This document shows, in pieces, positions 28,534-37,940 of a DNA stretch of 64,000 bases. The notes under the pieces were generated by a model that saw only the letters and a list, made by a program, of their open reading frames with translations, did not search any database and was not told the origin of the DNA. Position 1 is the stretch's first letter; every line of letters begins with the position of its first letter. This stretch comes from a virus. Taxonomy: Duplodnaviria; Caudoviricetes. The DNA is taken from the IMG/VR virus record IMGVR_UViG_3300032138_000002, positions 32,001 through 96,000 of that record. One strand, written 5' to 3'. A program made the translations under genes and the position numbers.

Positions 28534-28950
28534 TTAAAAAGAAGAACAACCGGCTTTTAGATCATCGTCGACGTGAAGGGCTGCGTCAACTTGAAAATAA
28601 ATCTTGTCGCAGCCGGCGATTTCAAAGATCTCGTAGTTGTTTCCATTGGAGGTCATAGTCACCGGGTTGTTGTTACTCGCCGTAAGAGGCGCCCACTGTG
28701 CGAAGGCATGGTTATACCCCCAAACAGTTAAGGTACGGGGGTCACTATCCCCCTTAGCTCGGAACAATATATGTAAGAATCGCTGGTTGTCCGTGGTATA
28801 CCCCTGATTTAAACCAATTGGTTTACCACCCGCACCGCTGGGGTCACTGTGTGAAGATGTTACCTCGGCACCAAAAGGACCTGCCAAATTAGTTATTTGC
28901 CGTGTTCTTTGTCCTTTAGGCCTATAGTTCTTATCATATGCATCACCCAT
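28534..28950 (-). CDS. hypothetical protein (head module)
   Basis: 138 aa, AGGAG RBS, upstream CTATTTA. Confidence 0.7.
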   Translation of the reverse strand: MGDAYDKNYRPKGQRTRQITNLAGPFGAEVTSSHSDPSGAGGKPIGLNQGYTTDNQRFLHILFRAKGDSDPRTLTVWGYNHAFAQWAPLTASNNNPVTMTSNGNNYEIFEIAGCDKIYFQVDAALHVDDDLKAGCSSF

Positions 28951-28980
28951 TGTATTCTCCTAAGTCAATGATATCTCTTT

Positions 28981-29199
28981 TTAAATAGTATCTCTTTCTC
29001 GTTTTAGCTTATCTAAAACTTTTTTTCGTTGCTTCTGCGCTCTTTTCTTTTTTACTGAAGGTTTCTCGTAGCGCATTCGGTCTCGGACATGCTGCAATAT
29101 GCCCTCTTTTTTGACCTTGCGCGAAAACCTTTTCAGTGTTCTTTCAATAGCTTCGTTGTGTCGTGGTCGAATTTCAACATTAACCGGGCGGTTGCTCAT
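28981..29199 (-). CDS. rpsU: ribosomal protein bS21
   Basis: E.IERTLKRFSRKVKKEGIL...RMRYEKPSVKKKR signature. Confidence 0.9.
   Translation of the reverse strand: MSNRPVNVEIRPRHNEAIERTLKRFSRKVKKEGILQHVRDRMRYEKPSVKKKRAQKQRKKVLDKLKRERDTI
28982..28988 (-). promoter_or_regulatory. late-promoter motif CTATTTA overlapping the bS21 stop
   Basis: About 32 nt upstream of the 28950 start. Confidence 0.6.
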
Positions 29200-29624
29200 T
29201 TTTTACCTTCTAGCAAAGCGTTCCACACTCTTTTGTTGTCACCCATCAAGCTTGAGATGTCGACGCCGGCGTCGCTGGGGTCTGTTCCTGTCATGGACCC
29301 GTGCTGAGCGCCCGTATCTCCCCTCATCGGAGTGGTTCCTTCAAAGAGGTCGACGCCGTTATAAGCGGAATTTCCGATAGCATCCAACATTTGTTTGCGT
29401 GTTTCTTCAATTTTGGTTCGCCGGCGAGTTTGTTCCTCGGATATAAGTGTTTCGTCCACCGGGGCGGCTTTGGGTTTTTGAGGAGCCTCAACTATAGGCT
29501 GTGTGCCTAGACCTTTTACCACTTCCGAGACGACGGTGGATAAAAACCCCTCTTCGATGAGGGCTTCTTGAATACATTCTTTAACGAGGGGCTTAAGAAT
29601 ATTTTTTAATTCTGATTTTTTCAT
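29196..29624 (-). CDS. hypothetical head-module protein
   Basis: Begins MKKSELKNILKPLVKECIQEAL; translationally coupled to the protease gene. Confidence 0.75.
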   Translation of the reverse strand: MKKSELKNILKPLVKECIQEALIEEGFLSTVVSEVVKGLGTQPIVEAPQKPKAAPVDETLISEEQTRRRTKIEETRKQMLDAIGNSAYNGVDLFEGTTPMRGDTGAQHGSMTGTDPSDAGVDISSLMGDNKRVWNALLEGKK

Positions 29625-30232
29625 GTGCTTCGTAATATATCGTTTAAGGCGCGGTTAATTCGGTCTGCTTTTGTAAACACTTTATCTAAATTTAGATCCT
29701 TCCCCTCGGTCATCATAAATGCCCCGGGGGTCGATGGCTCAGAAACAAAATCAAAACATATTAATTGGAAGTCATCTTCCACGATTGTTTGCCCTTGCGA
29801 TTCAGACACCGATCCTAATCCACGGGAAGAAATACCAAGTTTCACCCCTGACTGGACTAGTGAACTGAGAATTTGGCCCGATGGGGTGTCAAGCACTTGT
29901 ACTTTTCCCATGAGCGCATTTTCCTGCCACCAAACTTCTGTAATAAGGTGGGACGCGTTCGCTAGGTTAATAATTTCATTGTCCGGATGGTCTAGTTCGC
30001 CTAGGGCGCGTCGTTCATCTACGAGTTTGGAATAAAGATCTGCTTCTCGGCGAAGCACGCCCTCAGGGTATACGCGGCGGTTGCCGTTTTCAACTCCGTA
30101 ACGTTGCATTACGCCTGTTAAAAAGGTAGCCTTTCCTTCTTTGACGAGCTTTTTCTCAGCTTCGGTAAGAAAGTCTTGACAGACGCCTCCATCGCAAAGC
30201 TCATAAAATTCTCTTAATAAATATTTACTCAT
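29621..30232 (-). CDS. prohead core protease (gp21-like)
   Basis: NGNRRVYP, ALGELDHP, ASH, GISSRGLGS, DFVSEPSTPGA; start moved to MSKYLLRE. Confidence 0.95.
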   Translation of the reverse strand: MSKYLLREFYELCDGGVCQDFLTEAEKKLVKEGKATFLTGVMQRYGVENGNRRVYPEGVLRREADLYSKLVDERRALGELDHPDNEIINLANASHLITEVWWQENALMGKVQVLDTPSGQILSSLVQSGVKLGISSRGLGSVSESQGQTIVEDDFQLICFDFVSEPSTPGAFMMTEGKDLNLDKVFTKADRINRALNDILRST

Positions 30233-30234
30233 CG

Positions 30235-30303
30235 TCACGAACCTTTGCAGCAACGTCTAACTGGCTGTAACATCCACTTGTGTGTATATGCGCTTGTTTT
30301 CAT
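30235..30303 (-). CDS. 22-aa micro-ORF MKTSAYTHKWMLQPVRRCCKGS
   Basis: GGAGA RBS, ATGA overlap with the upstream stop, ends 2 nt before the protease start. Confidence 0.55.
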   Translation of the reverse strand: MKTSAYTHKWMLQPVRRCCKGS

Positions 30304-30614
30304 TCGTATGATCTCCCAATTTTAATTCCACTATCGTCTATAATCATGTTGAGAGCATAGGAAGTTCCGGCGCTCAAAGACCCTAAAAGTAAAAAATTAA
30401 CAAAATTATAGTCAAAATTAAATAGTTCCGTGAACTTGTTTATACCACACAGAAATACGCCCACCCAAAATCCGGTGCACATACAACAGTGCAAAAGCTC
30501 GCAGATCCAATCTGATTTGGCTGAGAGATATTCTCTTGTGGGCTGCATAATACGACTATACACGATTATAGACGTCATACCATAAGAGCATAAAACAAAA
30601 TATAGAAGAGCCAT
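30300..30614 (-). CDS. DUF1360-like small membrane protein
   Basis: ELLHCCMCTGFWVG motif between transmembrane segments. Confidence 0.7.
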   Translation of the reverse strand: MALLYFVLCSYGMTSIIVYSRIMQPTREYLSAKSDWICELLHCCMCTGFWVGVFLCGINKFTELFNFDYNFVNFLLLGSLSAGTSYALNMIIDDSGIKIGRSYE

Positions 30615-31193
30615 CTATTCCTCGTAACGATAGAAAGAAGTCATTCCATAGGGGCCACGAATATATCCTGGGCGTAAGGAACCCTGTCTCTCTCTTTCTG
30701 GGACTTCTCCTAAGTCAGTAGAATCCATGTCATCAGGGTCGGTAAGATCATCCACCCATTCCTCTTCTAGGTCATGATATTTACGGAAATACGGCTTCTC
30801 TTCTTTAATAAATTCAGTTATCATTGAGAGGACCACCTGGGGAGCACTTACCCCCTCTTCGTTTGGTGTGGCAATCGTCCCTTCGATCGATCCGTATACG
30901 GCGCCGCCTCTTACAGTTTCGGGCATAATAACCCCTTTCTTGCGAAGAAAATAAAAGAAACGGTCTTGAGTGGCATAAATTCTATCTTCCATCAAATCTT
31001 TAGGAAAAGTTATAACCGTATTAGAAGAGGGGACAATTACAATATCAATATCCTGGTGGTCAAAAACCATCAGGTTACCATCCAGTGTGCGGCGAGCATC
31101 TAAGCGTACGCGTGCTTGTATTTCCTTTTCCGGCGTTTCTCCGGAAGGTGGAGCCTCATCGGCCGGCTTTCCTACGGTGATATTAATTGCCAT
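30615..31193 (-). CDS. hypothetical protein
   Basis: 192 aa, coupled in the head operon. Confidence 0.75.
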   Translation of the reverse strand: MAINITVGKPADEAPPSGETPEKEIQARVRLDARRTLDGNLMVFDHQDIDIVIVPSSNTVITFPKDLMEDRIYATQDRFFYFLRKKGVIMPETVRGGAVYGSIEGTIATPNEEGVSAPQVVLSMITEFIKEEKPYFRKYHDLEEEWVDDLTDPDDMDSTDLGEVPERERQGSLRPGYIRGPYGMTSFYRYEE

Positions 31194-32010
31194 CAGATGT
31201 TATCTCGCGTGCTAGACTTTGAATTTTAAGCACCTTCTCTACTAAAGGTTTCCCAATTCGCTCATTTTTAAAATTATTAAGCATTTCCAAAACTTTTTGA
31301 GTTTTTTCTACCATACCTTTATCTGTACTAATTTCGTCCGTTTTAAGTGAATCGTTTACTAACTGCTTCAGGCGGGAGATCTCTTCATTAAGGTATACCT
31401 TCAAATCAATGCCGTTGTCGGCAAACGATGCGATATACTTGGAGAGAAGTGCTGTTTGCTCTTTGAACAATGTCTGTGTGTATTCCGTATTGAACTTCTC
31501 TACGAAAGTTTTAAAAGTCAAATTATCGATGGGCTGAAGGATATCCTCGTTACCGGGCTTAGAGGCCAACTTCTGTATCAATGTTTCTTCTAGAAGAACG
31601 CGCTTCTTGATCGAAGTTTCGGAATTAAAAAGTTGGCTAATTGTTGCCAGAGTTTTATAATTGGGGAGAAAACCCGAGAAAAAAGATTTACCCAAAGATT
31701 TATTAATCTTATCAATAATATGACTTTGTTCGGTATAAAGTTTTTTATGATCTAACTTTTCATGCAATTTACGAATTTCAAAAACCATTTTTTCTGCCAC
31801 GTGTGGCTGTAAGTCATATGTCTCACAGAGGGTCTCGTAGAGCTTAAGCTCTTTGGCCATCACAGTATTTCTAGAGAAGTGCTCTTTAACAATAGTAAGA
31901 ACAGTGTTCTTCATCTCCTTGTTTTTATTTACAACAGCTTTTGTCAACTCTCTCATAAGCGCCTCATAAATTAAGGCGGTATTGCGTTTTTTATTATGCT
32001 TCGATTTCAA
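31183..32010 (-). CDS. hypothetical head-assembly protein
   Basis: KHNKKRNT start, helical, directly after the portal; TTG start with GGAG RBS. Confidence 0.75.
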   Translation of the reverse strand: MKSKHNKKRNTALIYEALMRELTKAVVNKNKEMKNTVLTIVKEHFSRNTVMAKELKLYETLCETYDLQPHVAEKMVFEIRKLHEKLDHKKLYTEQSHIIDKINKSLGKSFFSGFLPNYKTLATISQLFNSETSIKKRVLLEETLIQKLASKPGNEDILQPIDNLTFKTFVEKFNTEYTQTLFKEQTALLSKYIASFADNGIDLKVYLNEEISRLKQLVNDSLKTDEISTDKGMVEKTQKVLEMLNNFKNERIGKPLVEKVLKIQSLAREITSDGN

Positions 32011-33971
32011 TTCTTTTTCTCCTCTAATTCCCTGATAAGTTTTTTCACTTCGAAGTTCGTCTTAAGAATATTCTTCTCCCCATCGTCATAACTAGTTTCA
32101 TCACCTTCGGAAATCCCCTTAGTTAATTGGCTCACGTCGGTGGTGCCAGGGAAGAGGGTGTTAATGGTAGTCGGCGTCTTGCCCCCTAAACTACGCATAT
32201 TTTTAAGTCTAGGTGCGGAGGTCGACCTTCTATCACCCCCTCGTTGGCTTGCTGGTGTGTAAGTCTTGCCGTGGGAAGACCTTGTGGAAGTCAGTTTCTT
32301 GCCGTCGGGCCCGCGAACCACTATTTTGTCAGACCTGTTGCCAGGTGACGCCAGGAGTGGTGAATCTTCGTCGGGCTCTTCGGCATCAGGTTCGGGCGTT
32401 TCGGCTCCGGGTGTCTCGGATTCGCCGCCTCCGCCCAAGTCGGCGCCAAGATCTGCGCCGAAGTCTCCACCAAGATCGCCGCCTAGATCAGCGCCTAAGC
32501 CACCACCGCCAGTGGCGTCGACAGAAATTTCCGTTTCAGACTGAAGGAGCGCTTCAAACTTTCTATCATGGAACAGTTCTCTTTGATTTCGTAAAAATTC
32601 CTCATGAGATACATTAAAAATGTTTTGGGCAATCCATCGTTTACTAAAATACCCTTCGGTTGCGGCAGAGGCTATAGTAAATTTTTGATTGAGGTGTTCT
32701 AGTTCTTGCATCTCCGCGATTTTCGAAGGGTTGTTTAATTGTAGGGAAAAAGATAGCAAATCTTCATGTCGATAGCCCAAAGTGTATAAATGAATAATGC
32801 CCATTTTTTCCAATTCGGCGACAACGGCGCGTTGTAGTCTTTGCACCGTGCGAGAGAAACGCACATCTTTTTGAGAGAGAGTTGTCTTATCTTCATCGCC
32901 CCCTTCCCCTCTAAACAAATAAGATTGAGGAATTTTCAAGGCTGCAAAGAGCTTGTCTTTAAGATATTTGATGTCGTCAATATCTCCAGTGTAAGTTCCG
33001 CCGGGCAAAGTTTCAACCTTCGAACTGACTGTTCCGCGGACGGGTATGAAGTAGTCTTCTTCGATGCTCATCGGGTTATATCGTAGATCTACGCGGCCTG
33101 TATTGGAATCCACAACTTGATTTCTTTTCATCTGGGTCATGACTTTTTGCATATATTGTTCAACGTCATCGGGCTGCACCGCACCAACATCAATATAAAA
33201 TACTCGACGCTCGGGGGAGCGAACAATGCGATAAGCCATTACCGCATCTTCCAACAAATTAAGTTGTCGGAATATTCGTCGTGACGCTTCTAAAACAGAA
33301 GTTCCGTATGGGGTATATTTATTGTTGCCTAAAACACGAAAATGGGCGATCTGCCAATTCTCAAAAGTAAGGCCGCCTGAATTCCATTGAAATTGGACAT
33401 AGCTAGGGTTTGTCTTATCTAAGCCCTCTAAGCGCTCAATTTCACTGGCTGGTAGACTAATAACATTTGAGATGCCCTCTTTCTCATCTATATCCATATA
33501 AAGAAAGTGATCCCCAAATTTGCACATTGCGCGGCACCAGCCAAACAGATTAAACTCAATATTTAATATGTCGTCGTAAAGATGTACTAATATTGCTTTG
33601 AGTTCCTCATTGGGGCAATTAACGTTAAGAACTTTATTAAACGCGTTGGAAGTAGACATCTCATCCGCATAAATATCAATCGCAGACGCAATAATGGGCT
33701 CGTACTCCATTTGGTCAAAGTCGCCATATCTCTCAACACGATTTTGATTGGCAAGAATATTCGAAGTAAGATTCTCGAAAGGATCATATGACGCCTTTTT
33801 AAATTGCTGACCAGTAGCGGACTGGAAGTAATACTTATCTAGCTGTCGCCTCTTTTCTCTTCGGGGGGTTTGGCGCCTATAATTTGTAAGCGGCCCCGAA
33901 AAAATTCGCGTCAACCTTTTATATAAGGATGATTTAGGGTTTCTGTTAGTCTTTTCGCCTGGTCTTGCCAT
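32007..33971 (-). CDS. portal protein (gp20-like)
   Basis: YRIVRSPERRVFYIDVG, EEDYFIPVRG, TLPGG, ALKIP, DVRF. Confidence 0.95.
   Translation of the reverse strand: MARPGEKTNRNPKSSLYKRLTRIFSGPLTNYRRQTPRREKRRQLDKYYFQSATGQQFKKASYDPFENLTSNILANQNRVERYGDFDQMEYEPIIASAIDIYADEMSTSNAFNKVLNVNCPNEELKAILVHLYDDILNIEFNLFGWCRAMCKFGDHFLYMDIDEKEGISNVISLPASEIERLEGLDKTNPSYVQFQWNSGGLTFENWQIAHFRVLGNNKYTPYGTSVLEASRRIFRQLNLLEDAVMAYRIVRSPERRVFYIDVGAVQPDDVEQYMQKVMTQMKRNQVVDSNTGRVDLRYNPMSIEEDYFIPVRGTVSSKVETLPGGTYTGDIDDIKYLKDKLFAALKIPQSYLFRGEGGDEDKTTLSQKDVRFSRTVQRLQRAVVAELEKMGIIHLYTLGYRHEDLLSFSLQLNNPSKIAEMQELEHLNQKFTIASAATEGYFSKRWIAQNIFNVSHEEFLRNQRELFHDRKFEALLQSETEISVDATGGGGLGADLGGDLGGDFGADLGADLGGGGESETPGAETPEPDAEEPDEDSPLLASPGNRSDKIVVRGPDGKKLTSTRSSHGKTYTPASQRGGDRRSTSAPRLKNMRSLGGKTPTTINTLFPGTTDVSQLTKGISEGDETSYDDGEKNILKTNFEVKKLIRELEEKKN
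32424..32510 (-). repeat. imperfect 12-bp tandem repeat encoding (L/F)G(A/G)D in the portal C-terminus
   Basis: GGGGLGADLGGDLGGDFGADLGADLGGGG. Confidence 0.7.
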
Positions 33972-33974
33972 CGT

Positions 33975-35564
33975 TTATCCTTTGAGGACCCATATAAAGT
34001 CCTTTAATTTATCTACTTCTTGCCTAGCTTTTCGTATATCTTGAGTTGGATTTTTATATCCGTGCATTCCGGGGATTGCTGTCGATAATGTGCTTTCTGT
34101 TCTGAACATTGATTCTAACATAGCTTGCTGATATTTTAAATCTTTTTCTATTTCCACAAACACCGTGTCCCGAATCCAGCACCCTATGGCAAAAGACATA
34201 ATCAGATCGTCATGGTAACTTCGCATTGCTTGGGGGCGCCCATTGATCCATACAAAGGTTTTCAGTTCATTCCATAAACGAGAAGAATATGTGGTTACCA
34301 TCTTGTTCCGTACGAATTCTTCCATTTTGGCTATAATCATAGGGCGCGTCTTTAAAGAGGTCGTAAACCCTGCAATAGCGGAATTGTTATATTCTGCCTG
34401 GCTCTGCTCAATAAATTCATGAGTGGATTTGATAGAGTGATATATGTTTGGATACTCGTGCTCTTTGAGTTTTTCTAAAACAGAAAACCCTACCGTGTTA
34501 TTTTCGACGACGATCATACATTCGCCGTACTCTTTTCCTGCGTCAAAAAGGATATTAGAAAAAACGTCCGGGGTTACCTTTCCTTGATATTCTCCGACGA
34601 TCTCCATTGTGTTTAACTTAAAAACTTGGAAGACAGAATAATCTTTGCCATCTCCTCTTGCAACGTCTGCCGAAATTAAATATTTAGAGGCCGCATCATA
34701 GTTCTCCCAAATCCAAAAATTGCGGTCGAAGCCGGTTCGATACTTAGGCTTTTGAATCAATTTTTGAATACGTCCAATATCATCCGGATGAATAACTGTT
34801 TCGCCCGAAGTATTAAAATTGCACTTTAACTCTTGTGCGATTTGTCTCCGGGACATATTTTTTGTTTCTTTTTCAAACCATTCCATATCACGATCAGGGT
34901 GGGTGTCCCACATGAGAGTGGTTGGAAAAAAATCATTAGCCCCTTGGTCAGCTTCCGAAAACGTTTTATGAAACCAATTTCCCACTCCATTTGGGGTGGA
35001 CAAAGCAATACAGCGCCCACCAGTAGACAAAGTGGGGTAAAGACCGGTCCACAGAGCATCTAGACCTTCCACGTGGGCAGCCTCGTCAATTACTAAAAGC
35101 GACAGCGCTTCGGAACGACCGGCGTCCCCCGATGTGGTCGATGCTTTAATTTGAGAACCGTTGGAGAGTTCAAAACTATTTCTATTATCTATAGAAACAT
35201 TGGCAATCTGGATCCAGTCTGGTAAGTTTTTAACAATGGCTTTTACCTTTTTTACAAGGTTGGCGGCTGTGGTATACTTGGTTGCCATCACTAGAATATT
35301 TTTATCGCGGTGGAACATCATCAGCCAGGCGACATAAGCTGCTGTTATTGTTGATATCCCCAATTGTCGAGCTTTCAGAATAACATTAAAACGGTGAGCC
35401 TCATAGTTTTCGATTAGGTCTTCCTGATAATTATAAAGTTTAAAAGGAATGAGGCCTTGCATCGGGTGGGATATCTTGGCGTAACTATTTATAAAATACG
35501 AAGGATCCTTCCCGCATTTAATAATTTCTTTGGTAATCTGTTGTTTTGTTAACTGAAAAGACAT
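33975..35564 (-). CDS. terminase large subunit (gp17-like)
   Basis: LKARQLGIST, LLVIDEAA, STPNG, ADVARGDGKDYS, HDDLIM. Confidence 0.96.
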   Translation of the reverse strand: MSFQLTKQQITKEIIKCGKDPSYFINSYAKISHPMQGLIPFKLYNYQEDLIENYEAHRFNVILKARQLGISTITAAYVAWLMMFHRDKNILVMATKYTTAANLVKKVKAIVKNLPDWIQIANVSIDNRNSFELSNGSQIKASTTSGDAGRSEALSLLVIDEAAHVEGLDALWTGLYPTLSTGGRCIALSTPNGVGNWFHKTFSEADQGANDFFPTTLMWDTHPDRDMEWFEKETKNMSRRQIAQELKCNFNTSGETVIHPDDIGRIQKLIQKPKYRTGFDRNFWIWENYDAASKYLISADVARGDGKDYSVFQVFKLNTMEIVGEYQGKVTPDVFSNILFDAGKEYGECMIVVENNTVGFSVLEKLKEHEYPNIYHSIKSTHEFIEQSQAEYNNSAIAGFTTSLKTRPMIIAKMEEFVRNKMVTTYSSRLWNELKTFVWINGRPQAMRSYHDDLIMSFAIGCWIRDTVFVEIEKDLKYQQAMLESMFRTESTLSTAIPGMHGYKNPTQDIRKARQEVDKLKDFIWVLKG

Positions 35565-35582
35565 ACACTTTCTTATTCTCTT

Positions 35583-36110
35583 CTACACCAAGCGATCATT
35601 TTTGCCCAAAGACAGCCAATCTCTGATCGCCTGGTCCAGGCGATCTTTATCGGAAGAGGCGTTGACTTCTGCAACCCCGGTTAACCCACCAATAGTATAA
35701 TTTTGTTTCGCGACAACCCAAGTTCGAAAGGTGTTCAGGTGTTCTACTTGAATGTCCGCTTCGCCATCACGCGTTAAAGTTAACGCGTCTCCAGTAATCT
35801 TTTTATACTCTCTTTTAAGATAGTTTACAATATCGGCTAGGTGTTGATCGATGTCGCCCTCGAACTTGTTGACCTTATGTACGTCCTTAAGTTTTGATTC
35901 GGAATGGTAGGTGAGCATCAAGGTTTTACCTTGGACGCGCACGTTATACCCATCCATAATCCTATAGTCTAAATTAATGTTTCCTTTGTCCCTTTCCAGT
36001 CCGGCGTCTTTTGTTTCACCGTCGACTACTAAGTTGGGATCTTGAGAGCCATCGTAATTGAGTGCGGCGGCTTGTGAGATGCCTTTAATAACATCCATAA
36101 TGTGTGCCAT
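35583..36110 (-). CDS. hypothetical protein upstream of terminase
   Basis: 175 aa, AGGAG RBS, motif variant CTACTTA upstream. Confidence 0.75.
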   Translation of the reverse strand: MAHIMDVIKGISQAAALNYDGSQDPNLVVDGETKDAGLERDKGNINLDYRIMDGYNVRVQGKTLMLTYHSESKLKDVHKVNKFEGDIDQHLADIVNYLKREYKKITGDALTLTRDGEADIQVEHLNTFRTWVVAKQNYTIGGLTGVAEVNASSDKDRLDQAIRDWLSLGKNDRLV

Positions 36111-36150
36111 GAGAATTCTCCTAAATAACGTTACTTTGTAAGTAGTTGTC

Positions 36151-36630
36151 TCAATCTAATTCAGTCTTAGATCTTATAAAATCAATAGTATAACACCGGG
36201 CGCGACCCAGTAAGCATAAAATTTCTTTTTTATTAAATCCCACAATTATGGTATTTTTAATAATAAAAAGTGGGACTGCGTTGAGTTCGCCCTTATACCC
36301 AATTTTTTTTGCCAAATCAAGAAGTTCTTGATATTGTTCGGGATTATTCATATTTTTCTCGATATACGAAATTCCGAGTTCATCGAGGAAGTGCTTAGCT
36401 ACTTTACAAAACGTGCACCACGAAGTTGAATACATAATTACACTCACCGATTTTTGGTCGGTCGTTACTAATATGGGTTTTTCTATTTGGTACAGGTCGA
36501 TCTCGCCCATTTCCTCTTCGGCCGCGGCCATATCATCAAGACCCTGCATTAGGACGGAACAAGATACGGGAACAATGATGAGGGCTAGAATTAAAACAAA
36601 CAGTCGCCAACTACTAAGAATTGTTTTCAT
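36151..36630 (-). CDS. membrane-anchored glutaredoxin/NrdH-like protein
   Basis: N-terminal TM segment, YSTSWCTFC, AVPLF..GF. Confidence 0.8.
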   Translation of the reverse strand: MKTILSSWRLFVLILALIIVPVSCSVLMQGLDDMAAAEEEMGEIDLYQIEKPILVTTDQKSVSVIMYSTSWCTFCKVAKHFLDELGISYIEKNMNNPEQYQELLDLAKKIGYKGELNAVPLFIIKNTIIVGFNKKEILCLLGRARCYTIDFIRSKTELD

Positions 36631-36784
36631 TTTTTCGTTTTTCCTCTATTTCTAAATCGAAGACCCTTTTAGTTACCTCTTCAAGGTGGGTGTAATCAAT
36701 ACTCTGGTACATCTCGCGAAGATTTGTTATTGCTTCTTTGAAGGTCAGTTTTTCTCTTTCTATATCAATACAAATTATGCACAT
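36614..36784 (-). CDS. 56-aa hypothetical protein (MCIICIDIEREKLT...)
   Basis: Manual translation; fills the gap between neighbours, below the ORF-track cutoff. Confidence 0.65.
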   Translation of the reverse strand: MCIICIDIEREKLTFKEAITNLREMYQSIDYTHLEEVTKRVFDLEIEEKRKNENNS

Positions 36785-37081
36785 TTACTCGCCCTCCGAA
36801 TGAGATATACTGCTTGCCTCTTTGGAGAGACCTAACAAAATTCGAATTTCCTCTATAATATCCCCAAGATGCCCCACTTTATCAATAGATATATCTAAGA
36901 CACCAGTTCCATGCATGGCTTCTAACTTTTCTCCCAAACTTTTGTCTAGAGCGGCAACATAAGAGTCTAGCGCGGGGTCTTGGCGGGGTGCGCCAAAGTC
37001 CACATCTACAACATCACCTTCTAGCGCTAAAGCTATTTCTTCCTTAATAATTTCTTTTAATCTTTTTGGATCTAATTTCAT
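36785..37081 (-). CDS. putative internal head protein
   Basis: Begins MKLDPKRLKEIIKEEIALALE. Confidence 0.6.
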   Translation of the reverse strand: MKLDPKRLKEIIKEEIALALEGDVVDVDFGAPRQDPALDSYVAALDKSLGEKLEAMHGTGVLDISIDKVGHLGDIIEEIRILLGLSKEASSISHSEGE

Positions 37082-37452
37082 TCTTGATTTTCTCCTTGGT
37101 AACCCTTTTCGGCGGTGCGTTCAAGGACGTCCGCCAATTTCGGACCTTGATTAAGCATCTGCAGCCACGCTTGCTGTTGTACGTCTGTTAATTCTTGATA
37201 ATGAACGACTGCTGAAGCTAGGGTTTCTTTAAAAACCTGATTAACTGTAGCTTCATCTATCTCCGCCAACAAGTCCTCTTTGAGTTCTCCCATATTGCGG
37301 AGGGCTGTGGCTACGTAAGCTTTTGGTTTTTTAATTCCTGCTTTTTTAGCCTTTTTGACTTTCGCATCAAATGTAGGCGCATTCAAGATACCGGCTTTTT
37401 TACTTACCTCTTCTCGAATTATTCTTTTTAGATCTTCTATTTTTAACTTCAT
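37078..37452 (-). CDS. putative internal head protein
   Basis: Start moved to MKLKIEDLKRIIREEV behind GGAG. Confidence 0.6.
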   Translation of the reverse strand: MKLKIEDLKRIIREEVSKKAGILNAPTFDAKVKKAKKAGIKKPKAYVATALRNMGELKEDLLAEIDEATVNQVFKETLASAVVHYQELTDVQQQAWLQMLNQGPKLADVLERTAEKGYQGENQE

Positions 37453-37828
37453 CTTGTTCTGGTCTCCACCCTGTCTCCCACCGCGCTTCTCGGCCCTCGA
37501 CATATTCCATATAACATTTATAACAACATCCGTATCTATTATTATACACATCGTCCTTTAAAGAAAAAGAGTAGACATCACACACAAGGCATGTTCTTTC
37601 TACTCGTTTATTAAGTAGTCTTTTGTCAACAAGAATATCATTTTCTTTGACTTTTTGATTTTTGTCTTTGTGGTGGTCTTCGCGACTTTGTTGGTCACTA
37701 AGCTGTTCTAAATAATCTTTTTCTTTATCTTCATCCCAGTTCTTTCTAGGATGCTGGATTGTTTCCTCCCCGTATTTTTTAGATATCGCCTGTTCTACCT
37801 GGGCTATATATTTTTCATCTCGCTTCAT
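37400..37828 (-). CDS. zinc-finger-like hypothetical protein
   Basis: CLVC...CCYKC; start moved to MKRDEK, 7 nt after TGtTATAAT. Confidence 0.7.
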   Translation of the reverse strand: MKRDEKYIAQVEQAISKKYGEETIQHPRKNWDEDKEKDYLEQLSDQQSREDHHKDKNQKVKENDILVDKRLLNKRVERTCLVCDVYSFSLKDDVYNNRYGCCYKCYMEYVEGREARWETGWRPEQDEVKNRRSKKNNSRRGK

Positions 37829-37861
37829 AAAAGTAATTATAACATCTTTTTCTTTATTATT

Positions 37862-37935
37862 AAAGCAAGATGCCCCATCCAAGCCGAAACCTGAACGGGG
37901 CATCTTTTTATCGGTTAGCCGGAACTAATCGACTT
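37862..37935 (-). ncRNA. candidate small structured RNA (or terminator) behind a CTATTTA motif
   Basis: Hairpin TCGATTAGT-TCCG-GCTAACCGA, then AAGATGCCCGTTCAGGT-TTCG-GCTTGGATGGGGCATCTT. Confidence 0.4.
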
Positions 37936-37940
37936 GTAAT

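Noticed and set aside
32424-32510. Portal Gly/Asp repeat as a functional DNA repeat
   Set aside because: It is explained by a low-complexity disordered C-terminal tail; the codons vary between units.
35583-36110. Terminase small subunit call for the gene upstream of TerL
   Set aside because: The only support is position; no gp16-like features are recognisable.
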